A DNA stretch of 64,000 nt, from positions 930,001-994,000 of the forward strand of contig CBFDEM010000004.1 of assembly GCA_965603825.1 (NCBI GenBank), read 5' to 3'. Positions 48,901-61,430 of the stretch are shown here, in pieces. The notes beneath the pieces are model-generated. The model had not been told where the DNA came from, did not search any database, and saw nothing but the letters and a program-made list of their open reading frames with translations. Source of the stretch: Blepharisma stoltei ATCC 30299. Taxonomy: Eukaryota; Protista; Ciliophora. How positions within the stretch are numbered: the stretch's first letter is position 1; every line of letters begins with the position of its first letter. The translations under genes and the position numbers were made by a program.

Positions 48901-51900
48901 GACCTTTCCCGGGAGCTGCTTAATGCTACTATATATAGAAATGAAGCACCTTTTGAGCCAATCACAAATATCCCTATTAACAGAGTCCAAAGCATCGACG
49001 TAAATGTCACTGACGGTGGAAATTTGATCCCTGTCATATTAGATATTGATCTTATGGGCACCCGAAAAGTCTTAAAAATAAGGTCTTCTATTGTAATAAA
49101 AAATGAGACAATATACGATATGAGGATTTTATTTAGCAGGGCTCACGATATGGACGAAAGACTATGCAAAGCAGGCGAAGAATGCCCAGTCCCTATTGAT
49201 TTTACAAACCACCTAATGGGAATTATCCCTCTCCACATTAACGACCACGAATGGAAAATGAAAAAACTCGACAATATCTGTTCACAAAAAAACGGATTTT
49301 CTATAGCTATCAGGTCTTTAGATTTTAATGCAGTTTTGCACCTACAAAAAGATAAATCTAACCCCAAAAAAGTGACTATTTGTATAAAGCCGCCTTTTGT
49401 GTTTAGAAATTATATGCCGACAAACATAGGGCTTTGGCTGTTTTATGATTCTTTTAAGAGGCAAGCTTGTGAAGAGTATGTGATAGAGACCACGAAGAGT
49501 CTGCAGATTTATTCGACAGAGGCAAGCATTGAAATGCAGTGTGGGCTGGGGGTCCCAGGATTTAGGAAATCGCCGAAGACTGTTTTGTTGTCGAGACATG
49601 AAAAGCCACCTAAAAGTATTCAGCTGCTGGATGAGAGAAAAGAAGTTTTGATAGTAAATGTAGACTATAAATTCCAAGGCAGCCATATTTTTACTTTTTA
49701 CCCTGCAACTGTACTTATTAATAGCACTCTATTACCATTGACTTTTTACTATAGAAAATCAGGAACCAGCAAAATTGTAGCTGGCCAAAAGCACCAAAGC
49801 AACATCGTCCCTCATCACGAAGTCCGAAAAATCGCTATCAGCATTGGCGCAAGCGAAAAAAAATCAAAATTCTTCAAAATCGCCACAGTCGGAGCTCAAA
49901 ATATCATCGAATTTAATGGCGAAAAAAGCAGGGCAGGGATAAAGTCCAAGTATCAGTTTACCTATGAGGTCCAGCTCACTCAAGTCCTTAAAGAAGAGCT
50001 TTTATTTACCAAAACCGTCGTGATTTCTCCTCGATTTCTGCTTATAAACTCTATGGAAGAAGACTTAATTATCATGCAGTTTGGAAGCGAAAATAATGAA
50101 ATGATTTTGGCAAGGCAGTCTAGAGAGCCTTACCATTGGCCAGACTCAAAATTAAATGAACTGATGTGCATTAAAATTGTTGGGCAAGCCTGGTCATCTT
50201 CAGGGGCATTTTCTGTGACGAGTATAGGCACTTTTACAGTCCAATGCAAAAGTACAAGAAATCCAGGGATTTTTAAAATGATTAGGGTCGAAATAAAACT
50301 AGTAAGCAGCACTGCATATGTAATATTTGACGAAGAAAACGAGAAATTTTCTTCATATAGGATAGAAAACTTATCAAATCAATTTTCTCTTAAAATTTAC
50401 CAGAAAAAATGCAAAGACGAGTACCGCTGGATTGACATCAATACTTACTCTCCCTTTTCCTGGTCACAGCCACTTATGGCTCACGAAATTGTGGTACATT
50501 TCTACGTCGGGTCTTTATATGAATACCCTGTGCAAACAGGCTGTAAAAAGGTTTTTGCCTTTAACAAGATGCGAGACTCCTATGTAATTGACATTAAATT
50601 GACCCCAGAACTAGGCAGCATTTTATACGCATCTACCACTAATGAAGGATCCACCAAGGTATTACGAATTTCTGACAGTCCGCTGAGAAAAGAATCCACT
50701 GAGGACGAAATGGTCTTTGTGCAGTACAACATTGGGGTTTCCCGGTTCGGGATTTCTTTAATTGAGCATTACCAAGAACAGGTGCGAGAACTCCTATATT
50801 TTTCTGCCAGAGATATCGCAATATATTGCCAAAAAACCAAGCAGCAGTGGAAAAGTGAATTTATGATAAAAACGATGCAGATTGATAACCAGTACAATTT
50901 TAATGCAATTTATCCAGTTTTGTTAAACCCGTCACTGATGACTCAGGACCGAAATGTTCTAGAACTGACTGCGACACTTTATATAGACTCTCATCCGAAT
51001 TGCTATAATTTTGAAGATTGTGAGCTTTTAATCCAAACTTTAAATATAAATTTAGAAAGCCCTATCCTTAGAAAACTTATGGAGCTTGCAGGCAGAATTT
51101 ATTTCCAGCAAGGCACTGTAAATGACTCAGTTAAGCTGTATAAGGACCATTCTCATCCTAAATGGTCTATTGAAGAAAAACTTGAACAAGAAACTGGGTT
51201 TTACTTTGCAAAATTGAGGCTGTTTCCTATAAAAATATTATTGACTTTTGTACCGATAAAAGAAGAAGTTGAAGAAAACAGCGAAGACACCTTTGCCACT
51301 GTCGCAAAAGCCCTTGGGATGGGGATTACTGCAATAGAGTCAGCCCCAGTAAAACTTTATACTGTAGAAATGATCGACGTTTTTGGCACCCAATGGCAAA
51401 TTTTGTCAGCTTTAGAAATTCACTATAAAACTCAGCTTGTCAGCGAACTTTTTACATTAATTGGGCATTCTGAAATACTAGGAAACCCTATTGGGCTGCT
51501 AAATAATCTTGGGACTGGCGTTTTTGACTTTTTCTATGAGCCTGCACTTGGGATTGTACAAGGGCCTATCAGTGCTGGCAAAGGGCTACTTAAAGGGACC
51601 CATTCACTAGTAAAAAATACAGTCCAAGGGACGTTTGGGACTGTTTCTCTGCTAGCCAATTCCTTGGCAAAAGGAATAACGACCGTTACTATGGATAAAG
51701 AATACCAATTGGAGCGGCAAAGAGACAAGGCCAAAAATAAGCCAAAAAATGTGGTGGATGGGATAGGCATGGGAGTTACCAGCTTTTTAATGAATATTGG
51801 AAAAGGGATCACTGGGGTAGTGGCTGAGCCTGTAAAAGGGTATAAGAAAAATAAAATCAAAGGGATGTTTATGGGAGGCTATAGAGGGGTGACTGGACTA

Positions 51901-52077
51901 GTCATGAAACCTGTGGCAGGAGCGCTTGATGTAGTTAGTAAAGCTGCAGAAGGGATTAAAAATACTGCACAAACTGTAGAAACACCAGCAAGTTTGAAAA
52001 GAATGAGGCATCCAAGACAGCTGAATGGGAAGAATTGCATATTGAAGCCTTATATTTACACTGAAGAAGAATTATAA
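42939..52077 (+). CDS. VPS13: VPS13 bridge-like lipid transfer protein, ~3035 aa, two introns
   Basis: Chorein-N MFEGL..LKVALW(TGA)SGD..KVPW(TGA); AVYW(TGA); PRNLWKFA; GGW(TGA)FG; FYNP..WEPFVE; VAB repeats; ATG2_C-like LGNPIGL..KPVAG; introns 43708-43723 and 43899-43913. Confidence 0.93.
43708..43723 (+). other. 16-nt spliceosomal intron
   Basis: GTAAGGGATTATGTAG; required for the VPS13 frame. Confidence 0.85.
43899..43913 (+). other. 15-nt spliceosomal intron
   Basis: GTAAATTATATTTAG; removes an in-frame TAA. Confidence 0.88.
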
Positions 52078-52169
52078 GTTTTGAATAAATTTAGACTTTT
52101 AAATTATTTTTAAAATAAATAGCAGGTGCCTTTTTACTTTTATCACCTAAAAATTAATTATTCAACATA

Positions 52170-53189
52170 TTAAGCAAAATAAGCACTCACCCCAAGTACC
52201 TGTGTGCTCATAAAAGTTCCTCTCAACGCCACAATTTCAAGTCTATTTTCATTTGGTATTACAAATGCTTCCCCCTTTGCTTTCCCATACCTTCATCTTT
52301 TTTCATTTGCTGTACAAAATTCTACCATGCTTAGTCCTTTTCCATCCACATAGCCACTTATCCCTACCAAATAGTCATTTTCTTCAATCTGCAAAGAATA
52401 GCACGTCGTTTTTTCTGACCTCGAGCTATTAGAATAATTATAGCTTGAGCTTTCGAATTTTTCATTTTTATTATATAAAATTTCCAGCCCATAAATCCTT
52501 CTCCCAGCTGACGTATTAATTCCGATGATTTTCGAAGTTTTTCTTTTAATGTGAGGATGCAGCTGCAGAGCATAAAAGTCGTCTACAGTCAAAGAGAACT
52601 GTTTTTCTATTCCGTAGTATTTTGATTTTACAATTGTCGAAGGCTGGTAGTTATTTGTTGGGGCCATTTCGGATGCTGGAGATAATTCCAAAGGAATATT
52701 TTTGATTTGGATAGGCTGAACTGCTATATAGCTAAGAGTGTCTCGGATGCCTACAAGTAGCGAAAATATTGAATACCCTCTAGGTATTTTGTATTTAAAA
52801 GCCCCTAGTGCTAAAGCATTCCCGAACTCTGCGTATCTGCCTTTATTAGTATGGAAATGCAAAAAATCAATTGTTGTTTTGGCGCAGCCGTTTAGCTCAG
52901 TTAAATATTCGTCATATCCAAGAATTAGCTCAGCAGAAGTCACCCTTTCGTCATAAGCGTAGCCTATATGTGGGCCTGGACATAATAAATCGCCTGTTCT
53001 TGGGTTGATGAAATTTAGCTCAATTCCAATTATTGTGCATCCAGGAATGTGCCAGCATTTGATTTTGTTAAGCTTGTAGTCATTGTAAAACTGGTCTCTA
53101 GTAGTAGAAAGGATTTCTATATCATTATGCATTTCAAGCTCTGAAGGATTTGTGCCGATCCCTTTCTTTATGTCAATTTCTATTTTCAT
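52170..53189 (-). CDS. Tandem jacalin-like lectin domain protein, 339 aa
   Basis: Two units with ..DEYL..I.G.....L.F.TN.GR...(F/Y)G; TGA=Trp at 52293 extends the ORF to TAA at 52170. Confidence 0.75.
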
Positions 53190-53438
53190 ATTTAATTAAT
53201 GTAACTTAGGTATTTCTTTTACTAAATTATGAGAAAAAATAAAATTACAGTTAATTTTTTGATTGAAAAAGACTTTTAATAATAAATTATTCTTTTGAAT
53301 AGTATAAAATCCATTAAAAATGCACATAATGGGATATCACGAATCAAGAAAGTTTTAATTAAATTTTTAATTTATTTGCTCATATCAATTTCTTTAAGAT
53401 CATAAATTTGCAAATATTAGATTAGCTGTGATGGTTTA

Positions 53439-53687
53439 CTAAAAATCTGTAAGTTCATTTACTAGCATTTCGCTCGCTCTTCGTTTCTTAAGCCATGATC
53501 GCTTCTTTATATGCCTATACAAATAAAACCCGATCACACTCATAATAATCATTCCTAGAATTCCTATCAGCAGCCAGAGTCACCATAAATTTGTATCTGT
53601 TGAGTTATCTGACGTCGAATTGTGAGGTTGTTCGTCCCATAATATTGTTTCCGTGTAATTAAAGTAATTTTCTTCTATCGCGACCAT
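53439..53687 (-). CDS. Small single-pass membrane protein, 82 aa; absent from the ORF track
   Basis: MVAIEENYFNYTETILWDEQPHNSTSDNSTDTNLWW(TGA)LWLLIGILGMIIMSVIGFYLYRHIKKRSWLKKRRASEMLVNELTDF. Confidence 0.65.
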
Positions 53688-53899
53688 TTATATATGATAG
53701 AAAGAATCAGTCTGTGAATAACAAAATTAGCCAGCCCTCAGGCTCAGCCCAATAATCCGACCCAAACAGTTTTATTATCAACTATTATTTCAAATAATTT
53801 ATCTTTTACTTAACGTTATTGTAGAATCATGAGTATTATCTATCCCAATTAATTATTTCTCGCGAATTTCTTATTCTGTAGCTAAGTTCTCTATAAATT

Positions 53900-55993
53900 A
53901 TGGCTTCACTTGTGAAGATGAAAAATTTTAAACTTTGGAGTCAGCCTTTTTCAGATGACGAAGATGAGAAACGTCCAGACTCACCTACAGTCCTTATAAC
54001 GAACGCAAATATAGCCCCAGCTATCTTAAAGCTGACTACTATATCTCTGCTAAAAATATACCGAATTTGCAATCCCAACTATTCATATGATCCTTCTGAA
54101 AATCCGACGAGGCCACTTACCAAGCCGAATGAGCCAAAATTCAATAATGGCTATGACAATGAGCATTACAACTATATTCTCTACGTCAACCAAATTCTCA
54201 CAAGTCCTGAGAACGAACAATATATCATTTTGGATTCCCTCGGTGAAGGAACTTTTGGCCAAGTCGTCAAAGTCCGCAAGCGGAACGGTGAACTTTTTGC
54301 TGCCAAAGTTATCAAAAACAAACCCGCCTATTTCATACAAGGACTTATCGAGGTCAAAATTCTGAGCAAGTTAAACAGAAACCTCGACCCTCACGACCAA
54401 AACCACATAGTCAGGATGATTGATTATTTTGTGTTTAGGAACCATTTGGTTATCATTTTTGAGCTATTATCCTTGAATATTTATGAATTAATTAAAAAAA
54501 ATGATATGAGAGGGTTCAGCCTGTCCTTAATCCGGTCCTTTACCAAACAGATTTTAGAAGCTTTTTGTGTATTAGAAAAAGGTAATATTATTCACTGTGA
54601 TTTAAAGCCAGAAAATGTCCTGCTAGTTAACGACAGCGTCAATGTAAAAGTGATAGATTTCGGCAGCGCCTGTTTTGAGGACGCCACAATATACACTTAT
54701 ATACAGTCAAGATATTATAGGTCGCCTGAAGTATTAGTAGGAGTCCCTTATGGCTCTGAAATTGATACCTGGAGCTTGGGGTGTATCTGTGCAGAACTCT
54801 TTATAGGGATTCCACTGTTCCCAGGCGCCAATGAATATGAGCAGCTATATAGGATTATTCAGCTTTTAGGGCCACTTGAGCAGTCATTTATTAATGAAGG
54901 CAAATTTCGAGATAAGCTATTTATTTTGGAAAATGGCGAATATAGGTTAAAGGCAAGGGAAGAATTCATGAAGGTACTTGGTAAATAGACTCAAGGGGTT
55001 CAGCTTCAGCCTTATCGGGTTTTCACAAACCTCTCAAGCCTGGACGACTTGTTGTATTTAGATAGAAGGATCCCGAATGAAGAAAATGATATAGAAAATA
55101 GGAAGCCTTTTGTGCATTTTTTGAAAGGGTTATTGATTTTGGATCCTACAAAAAGATGGAGCGCACACCAGGCGATCATGCATCCGTTTATAAGGGGTGG
55201 GAACTGTGAGAGCTTTATGCCGCCGTCAAGTAAATTTTATATAGAGATTCATAGAGAGTATCGAGCGCCTGTAGGTGCACTGAGAGGGTCATGCCCATCA
55301 TTACTTGAAAGAATCAGAAATAGCCAAGACATGACTGAAAAGTCTGAAAACGCTTGCTATCGGCCATGTGTCGAAGAGCTCCAAGACAACTTCTTCACTG
55401 GCTTTGCCCACGGCAAGCTTGTCCAAGTTTCGTCGCCTCCTCAAAACCCTCCTATAATCGAAGCCTCCAAAATGCAGTTTCAGCCAGTCCAAAACCCCTT
55501 CGCCAATATGCCTATGAATTTTAACCCAAACCAATTTTCCCAACCTTTTAATGCTCCTCCAGGTTTTTTGCCTCTTCCTGATATAAGAGGTCCTAGGTAC
55601 ATGAGACCTCATAGCTACGGGCCAGGCGGGGCGTACCAAACAATACCACGGCCTTACAGTCCTAAGCTTGAGGACGGAAAAGCCAAAAATAAGAAAAAAA
55701 AATATTCAAATAAAATGAAATATGACAGTCAAAGAAGTTCGTCGTATACTGCCAAAGACCATCATAAGCCGAAAGTCAGAAAACAAGAGCCAAGACCAAG
55801 CTCTATTGAGGATGGAAAAATGAACTCTCCAAAGCATGATAAGTTCCCAACATTAACAAAGTTTGACGAAAGACAAATTCCTCCAATAAACAGCGTTTTC
55901 ACTCCAAAGAACGTTGGGTTACCTGTAATCCCTGAAATTGGATACTTAGAAAAAATCAAAAAAGAAGCAAAAGATATAGGTAAAGCCAATTAA
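53900..55993 (+). CDS. YAK1: YAK1-type DYRK family protein kinase, 692 aa, one intron
   Basis: P.R.LTKP..N.GYDN; GEGTFGQV; HCDLKPEN; DFGSA; YTYIQSRYYRSPE; intron 54974-54988. Confidence 0.92.
54974..54988 (+). other. 15-nt spliceosomal intron
   Basis: GTACTTGGTAAATAG; removal links to kinase subdomain XI. Confidence 0.88.
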
Positions 55994-56039
55994 AGTAATA
56001 AAAAATAATTGAAAAATTAAAGAAAATAGGGTAGATATT

Positions 56040-57134
56040 ATGAGGAGACAAGGGATGTATCAGCTGATTTCTAAAAGAAAAGCAAAGATATGCTTGGATT
56101 TTTTGGTAGAAGATCGGCTTATTAAAGAAACTGGAGAGATGTGGGAGAAGTTTAGGGTGTTTAAAATTGAAAAAAATAATCATGTGTTGTTTGAGTTTTT
56201 AGGGGAGTCTGAAGAGGATTGCAAAGTTTGGAATTTTAGAAAAGGAGTCATATATTTAACAGAAAATTTATTTGGGTATGCTGATGAAAGAGTTCAATGC
56301 AAATTGAAAAGAGAAAAAATCATCAATGTTTTTGTCAGCCAAAATAATGCTTATTTTTTAGAAAATAACGAAATTCACAAATTTAATTACTCCCATATAA
56401 AAAGAAAGCATAAAGGAGTCTTCAAGATGCCGAGGACACTAGTGCTAAAAATCGAAAATTTCAATGAATATTTTTCCCCAAATGAGCTCAAAAAAGTTTT
56501 TTTCTTTTTAGAAAGCTCCAATATGTATTCTATTGCGTCAGAGTTTAAAATTGGGATTATTAAGCATGGGAATATAATTCAATCATTCAGAATTTCTGAA
56601 TCAATTAGAGGGATAAAAGAAATCTCAAAAGAAATTACTATAGAAGGCAGCTATAATGATTTTAAAATAGAGAAAAAACAGGCGGTTCTGCCTAAACAGG
56701 TACAAAATCCTGCACAGAAGTTTAAACCTTCGATAAAGGCAATGCAAGCGTTAGAAAACTCGGAAGCAATAACAGAAACAATTGATTTATTTTGGCACCA
56801 AGAGCTAAAAGGGAGCTTAGAAAACAAGCTGATATCAGATTGACATCTTCAGCCTTTAGATAGAGTATTTTTGTCTTCTCAAGAATTTTACCAAGACTAT
56901 CTCTACGATTATATCAAAAATTATTTATCACTAACAGTTCAAGGCTTTTACCACACAAACCCTGATGCTTTACTGTTACTGCAAGAAGCCTTGAGAGAGC
57001 AAGAGCAGAACTTATATGGAGACGGGCTGGTAAAACCAAACCAGCCGCTGTCTACTTTAATAAAAGACTCTTTACCATTTGCAACTCAGTTCGATAATCC
57101 TTCACAGACCCATATCCATACTTTATTTTCATAG
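56040..57134 (+). CDS. Hypothetical protein, 364 aa
   Basis: Two ORFs joined by TGA=Trp at 56841; ends TAG. Confidence 0.65.
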
Positions 57135-57165
57135 ACGATATTTTTAACATAAAATCTTTTATAAA

Positions 57166-58575
57166 ATGGAATTTACCTCAGAAGAAACCAAATCTTATGC
57201 CACACGAAGCTTGCAACATAAGCTGCTTTTAAAAGCCCAGCTAAATCTACAAGGCATAAACACTTGGAGTATGAATATAATCGCCGCAAGTGAAAAACTA
57301 ATGAAAGTTTACATAGCATGTGGAGCTACCATCAATATCATAAATCTCACTTATAACTATAAGAATGGAGCTACTTCCTCATTTCGAATAAACAGCCGAG
57401 AAGCTTCTATCCAGCCTACCATTATTACAAGCTTAAAAATCCTGAAATTCAATGAAGAAGAAGTTTTGTGTATTTTGACTATGGACGCTCAAGCAATTTT
57501 ATATTTTATTGAAAATCCTGACAGGACACCTCTCTATTATAGCAATTTTGACCCAGCTTATGAGGACAACTCCACATGAAGCTGCACCTCATCTGGCCAT
57601 ATGCTGCTTTTAGGCTCAAACTCCCACACAATAAATGCAATGGACTTAGAAACAGGTGACAGTAAAAGACTAAAAATACATGACCACAATATCCCTTGTA
57701 TAGATTTTTCCCCCTCAGGTAAATATTTTGCTTGTGCAAGTATTGATTCTACAGTCAGCATATCTATGCTTAATAAAAAATTAAAATGATGCAGACCATG
57801 TGGGGAATGGGGCTGGGGTGTTAAATGAGTCCCTAAAAATTCTATAGCAAATTTTAATGCTTTGCCAAGAAATAATGTACAGAGTTTACGTGGCCGATAT
57901 CAGTCTCAATTGTATCCTACATCTTATATAAATCATATAAACAATATAACTGGGCATTTTAATATGTTTAATGCTGACGAATATTTCCAAGAACTCAGGA
58001 GAAGACTGTTTGGAGAGCCAGTCGATTTGTTGACTGATAGTGAAGAAGAATCAGAAGAGATGGAAGTAGAGTGCTGAGAAGAGTCACAAAATGAAGGGGA
58101 AGAACATCATGAAGAAATTGATGACTGTTTTTTGCTTTATACAACAGGAGACACAGTCCATTTAATAGACCCTTCTATAAATCCTAAACAAAATGACTCC
58201 AATATGCACGTCGCAGCTGTCTACATCCCTGACCTCGACATCCACAATGGAAACACTCGCCTTTCTTTATTAGAATACATTCCTGAATTCTCCCTCTGTA
58301 TAATCGCTAACCAAAGAGGCAGAGAACTAATGTTCCTTAAGCTTGCAAAAGACACCAAATCCCAAAACCCCGAGTCAAATTCTCAGCCTTATGTCTCATT
58401 TATCCCAGAAGCCTCCATTATGCTAGACCAGCCAATCCTCGGAATGGCAGTAGTATCAGACATAAAATCCGAAAATTCCCAAGCAAGAATTTACTGTATC
58501 ACGGACCGCTCTCTGCTTTACACCATCCAAATAAACCTAAAAAATGACTCTGGGCTTGAAAAGATCATTATTTAA
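57166..58575 (+). CDS. CRT10-like WD40 protein, 469 aa
   Basis: Four TGA=Trp (57577, 57787, 57826, 58075); DNSTWSC; LLGSNSHTI; HDHNIPCIDFS; EWGWGVKW. Confidence 0.78.
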
Positions 58576-58608
58576 ATGGTATAAAATTAATTAATAAATT
58601 GCTAAAAA

Positions 58609-59067
58609 ATGGAATCACGACGACGCAGATCTATAGGGAATAAGTCACTTTTAAGCTATTTGGAAAAAGAAAAAAAGCTAGATAATGTGATAAGCAGGCT
58701 GGGAAGGGTTTCTCCAGATTCTTATGGAAATTTTAAGGTGGAACCTCCCTTTAGGAGAACGAGGACCTTGTCTAATGGTAGTAAAACACTGTTTGGAAAT
58801 TTGGACACAAAAGAGCATCATTTTTATAGGCCAAGACAAGGGACTGGAAAGCTGAGGGATAAGTTTAAGCGTTTTTTTAGCAGTGAAGAAGCCCCTATTG
58901 ATTTAGAAATTAAGAAAGCTCTGAAAGAGTATGGACTGGATAATGTGAGTTATGATAAAAAAACATTTGAAACGAAAAAGTTTAATGTATTCGATAAATA
59001 TTTCGGGGAGAATGGGGAGAGGGAGCAAGCGTTTTTTATTGAAAATGTTAAAAAGTTGTATATTTAA
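58609..59067 (+). CDS. Hypothetical basic protein, 152 aa
   Basis: ORF with AAAAATG start context and TAA stop. Confidence 0.6.
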   Translation: MESRRRRSIGNKSLLSYLEKEKKLDNVISRLGRVSPDSYGNFKVEPPFRRTRTLSNGSKTLFGNLDTKEHHFYRPRQGTGKLRDKFKRFFSSEEAPIDLEIKKALKEYGLDNVSYDKKTFETKKFNVFDKYFGENGEREQAFFIENVKKLYI

Positions 59068-59686
59068 AGGACGGAAAAATGAAAGAAACTCTGCATTATT
59101 ATCATAAAGTATAATGCGAGCGCTAGAAAGAAAATTTAATTTTAATTAAAACGATATAAAATTTTGATTAAAACAATATAAAATTTACAATAAAAATGAA
59201 ATTAGACATTTTAAGCAGAACCAATTTGATTATTATTTGACTGAGGATTTAAGGTAAATAACTATTATTACCAATCAGCACTTACTTATTTTTTAAAATA
59301 TTTTTTTAAATGCAGAAAATCAATTATGGCAATTTATAATTTGGAGAATATCCTAAAATTCTGAGACATAGAATTATTTTCTGTTATTGATTTAATATCC
59401 TTCATAATAATTCTCTAAGCTACAAAATAAACCTCAAATAGCAAAAGCTAGCCCTATATAAAATTCCCTTTAACTTCCCAAAATTTCCAACCGATATCCC
59501 ATCCTTCTTGTCTTTATTTCCTCTTCCCACTCTCTTTTCATCAGAAAATCCCATTAATCCAATTTAAACATTAAATTCAAAAACCCAACCAAAATGAAAT
59601 GGCCTATAATTTTTTAATTTGAACATGAGCAAGCTGCTTCTCCCGCGAGTTAATTGTTACGTAATTTGTCGAATAATTGATATACA

Positions 59687-60757
59687 ATGAATATGGCTTT
59701 GTGTGAAAGGCGTTCATGAACGCAAGAGGTGACTTCTATATAGGAAGACCAAGCAATAATTGCGCTAGTCCACGAGCATGGGATCAGGAAATGGACTCTC
59801 ATTTCACAGCTGCTGCAAGACAAATACCACCAAAATCGGACAGGCAAACAATGCCGCGAGCGTTGGCACAACCATCTTGATCCAGAAATCAATAAAAAGG
59901 CATGGTCAGAAGAAGAAGATAAAGTCCTTTTTGAGGCTCACAAGCAGCATGGAAACCGATGGGCGGATATAGCTGCCCTCTTGCCTGGCCGTACTGATAA
60001 TTCAATCAAGAACCATTTTTATAGTGCTTTAAGGAGAAACCTGAAAAAATATAATAAAACAAAGCCCCATGCAGAAAGACTCACAGGATCCGTTAGAACA
60101 ATTCTTAGGAATCCTAATATAGCGGAGCTTCTTTTGCAGCAAGAAGCCCCAGCAAGGCCTCCCAAAGATAAATCAAATCTCCCTGCCAAAGAAAAGAAAG
60201 TTAAAATAATCCCGAACGATTTTGTTGCGTAAATTCTATGCAGGAGAAGATCTGGCAGAATTAAAACCAAGCAAGAAGAAATGCAGTCAAATGAAACTGA
60301 TGAGTCCAGTGATGAATCTGATGAAGAAACTGTGGAGAAAAAAATCGAAATTAATGTAATTCCACCTTCTTCAGAAGAAGACCCAGCAGTCAGTGAAGAA
60401 AAAGAGACTGCAAAATCTGACGGAGAGCTTTCAGATGAAGCGCCTTTTTTGCTCTATAACTTATCCAAACCATCAGAAGAACCAAAAGTCGAAAATGATC
60501 TTCAAATTCCTGCTTCTGTGATGGAACACAAACTGCCTCCTTATTTCAAAGCTTTCCTAGCATGCCCGCCTGCCAGCTCTCAGAGTGCCCCTTTTATGAA
60601 CTCTACAATCTCAAATTTCATGCAGTCTCTCAGACCATCAGGACATTTCGTTCAAGGTTTTCATGGACTACTCCACAATTCAGCACAGCCGAGCCCTCAG
60701 AGGAGAGGTTTCACTCTGAATTATGGCCACTATGGGGATCTTGGAAGATATTCCTAA
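59687..60757 (+). CDS. Two-repeat (R2R3-type) Myb transcription factor, 346 aa, two introns
   Basis: RRSW(TGA)[26 protein letters not shown]...[27 protein letters not shown]; introns 59729-59743 and 60229-60243. Confidence 0.92.
59729..59743 (+). other. 15-nt spliceosomal intron
   Basis: GTGACTTCTATATAG; splicing recreates the Myb WTxEED motif. Confidence 0.9.
60229..60243 (+). other. 15-nt spliceosomal intron
   Basis: GTAAATTCTATGCAG. Confidence 0.85.
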
Positions 60758-60820
60758 ATAAGCAGAAATTTAAAGAATAGGATTAGATATGGAGTAATAT
60801 TAAGAATAATTATTCCCAGT

Positions 60821-61273
60821 ATGAAACTTTCAGACACAGCTATAGGAATAATCAAGCTAATTATTATCATTTCAGCCTTGCTCGGATTCATATCAGGATT
60901 CTCAAATATCACCACTATTGAAGGATACACATCAATCCTCGTATGTATTTATCTCATGTAAATTTTATTTAGAATGTTTTCAGTAATAATTGTTTTGACA
61001 GAAATTAGTCCTTTTATATATGAAAATTTCATAGTCAGGATGTTTCCGTTTATGGGCCACCAACTCGGGAAAGCAATTTTTTTAGCAATTCTGTCAAGTT
61101 TTTGTTTTGGGCAAGAAATGGGGACGCTTGGAAAAACCACTGGGACTTTATTGCTGATTTCTTCTTTAGGGGCAATTGCATTGTATACAGCTGATTATGG
61201 GAGAACTCCTCAGGTAGAAATAAAGATGAATTCGCCTTATTATGGAGATGATCCTTATAATAATGAAATATAG
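60821..61273 (+). CDS. COPI-associated (TVP15-like) Golgi membrane protein, 145 aa, one intron
   Basis: IYL..FS.II...E...FPFM....GKAIF pattern with four TMs; intron 60958-60972. Confidence 0.7.
60958..60972 (+). other. 15-nt spliceosomal intron
   Basis: GTAAATTTTATTTAG. Confidence 0.8.
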
Positions 61274-61430
61274 TTTTATTATAAAATAAGAATTGATAAT
61301 AGAAATCGTAAGCATAATAAATTATCATTGAAATAAATAGATATTTATTTGAATGTCTATCAAAACATAGAAATTTTTACTATAACTTTTATTATCATTT
61401 TCACTTATAATAGTTTTAATATTAAGAAAG

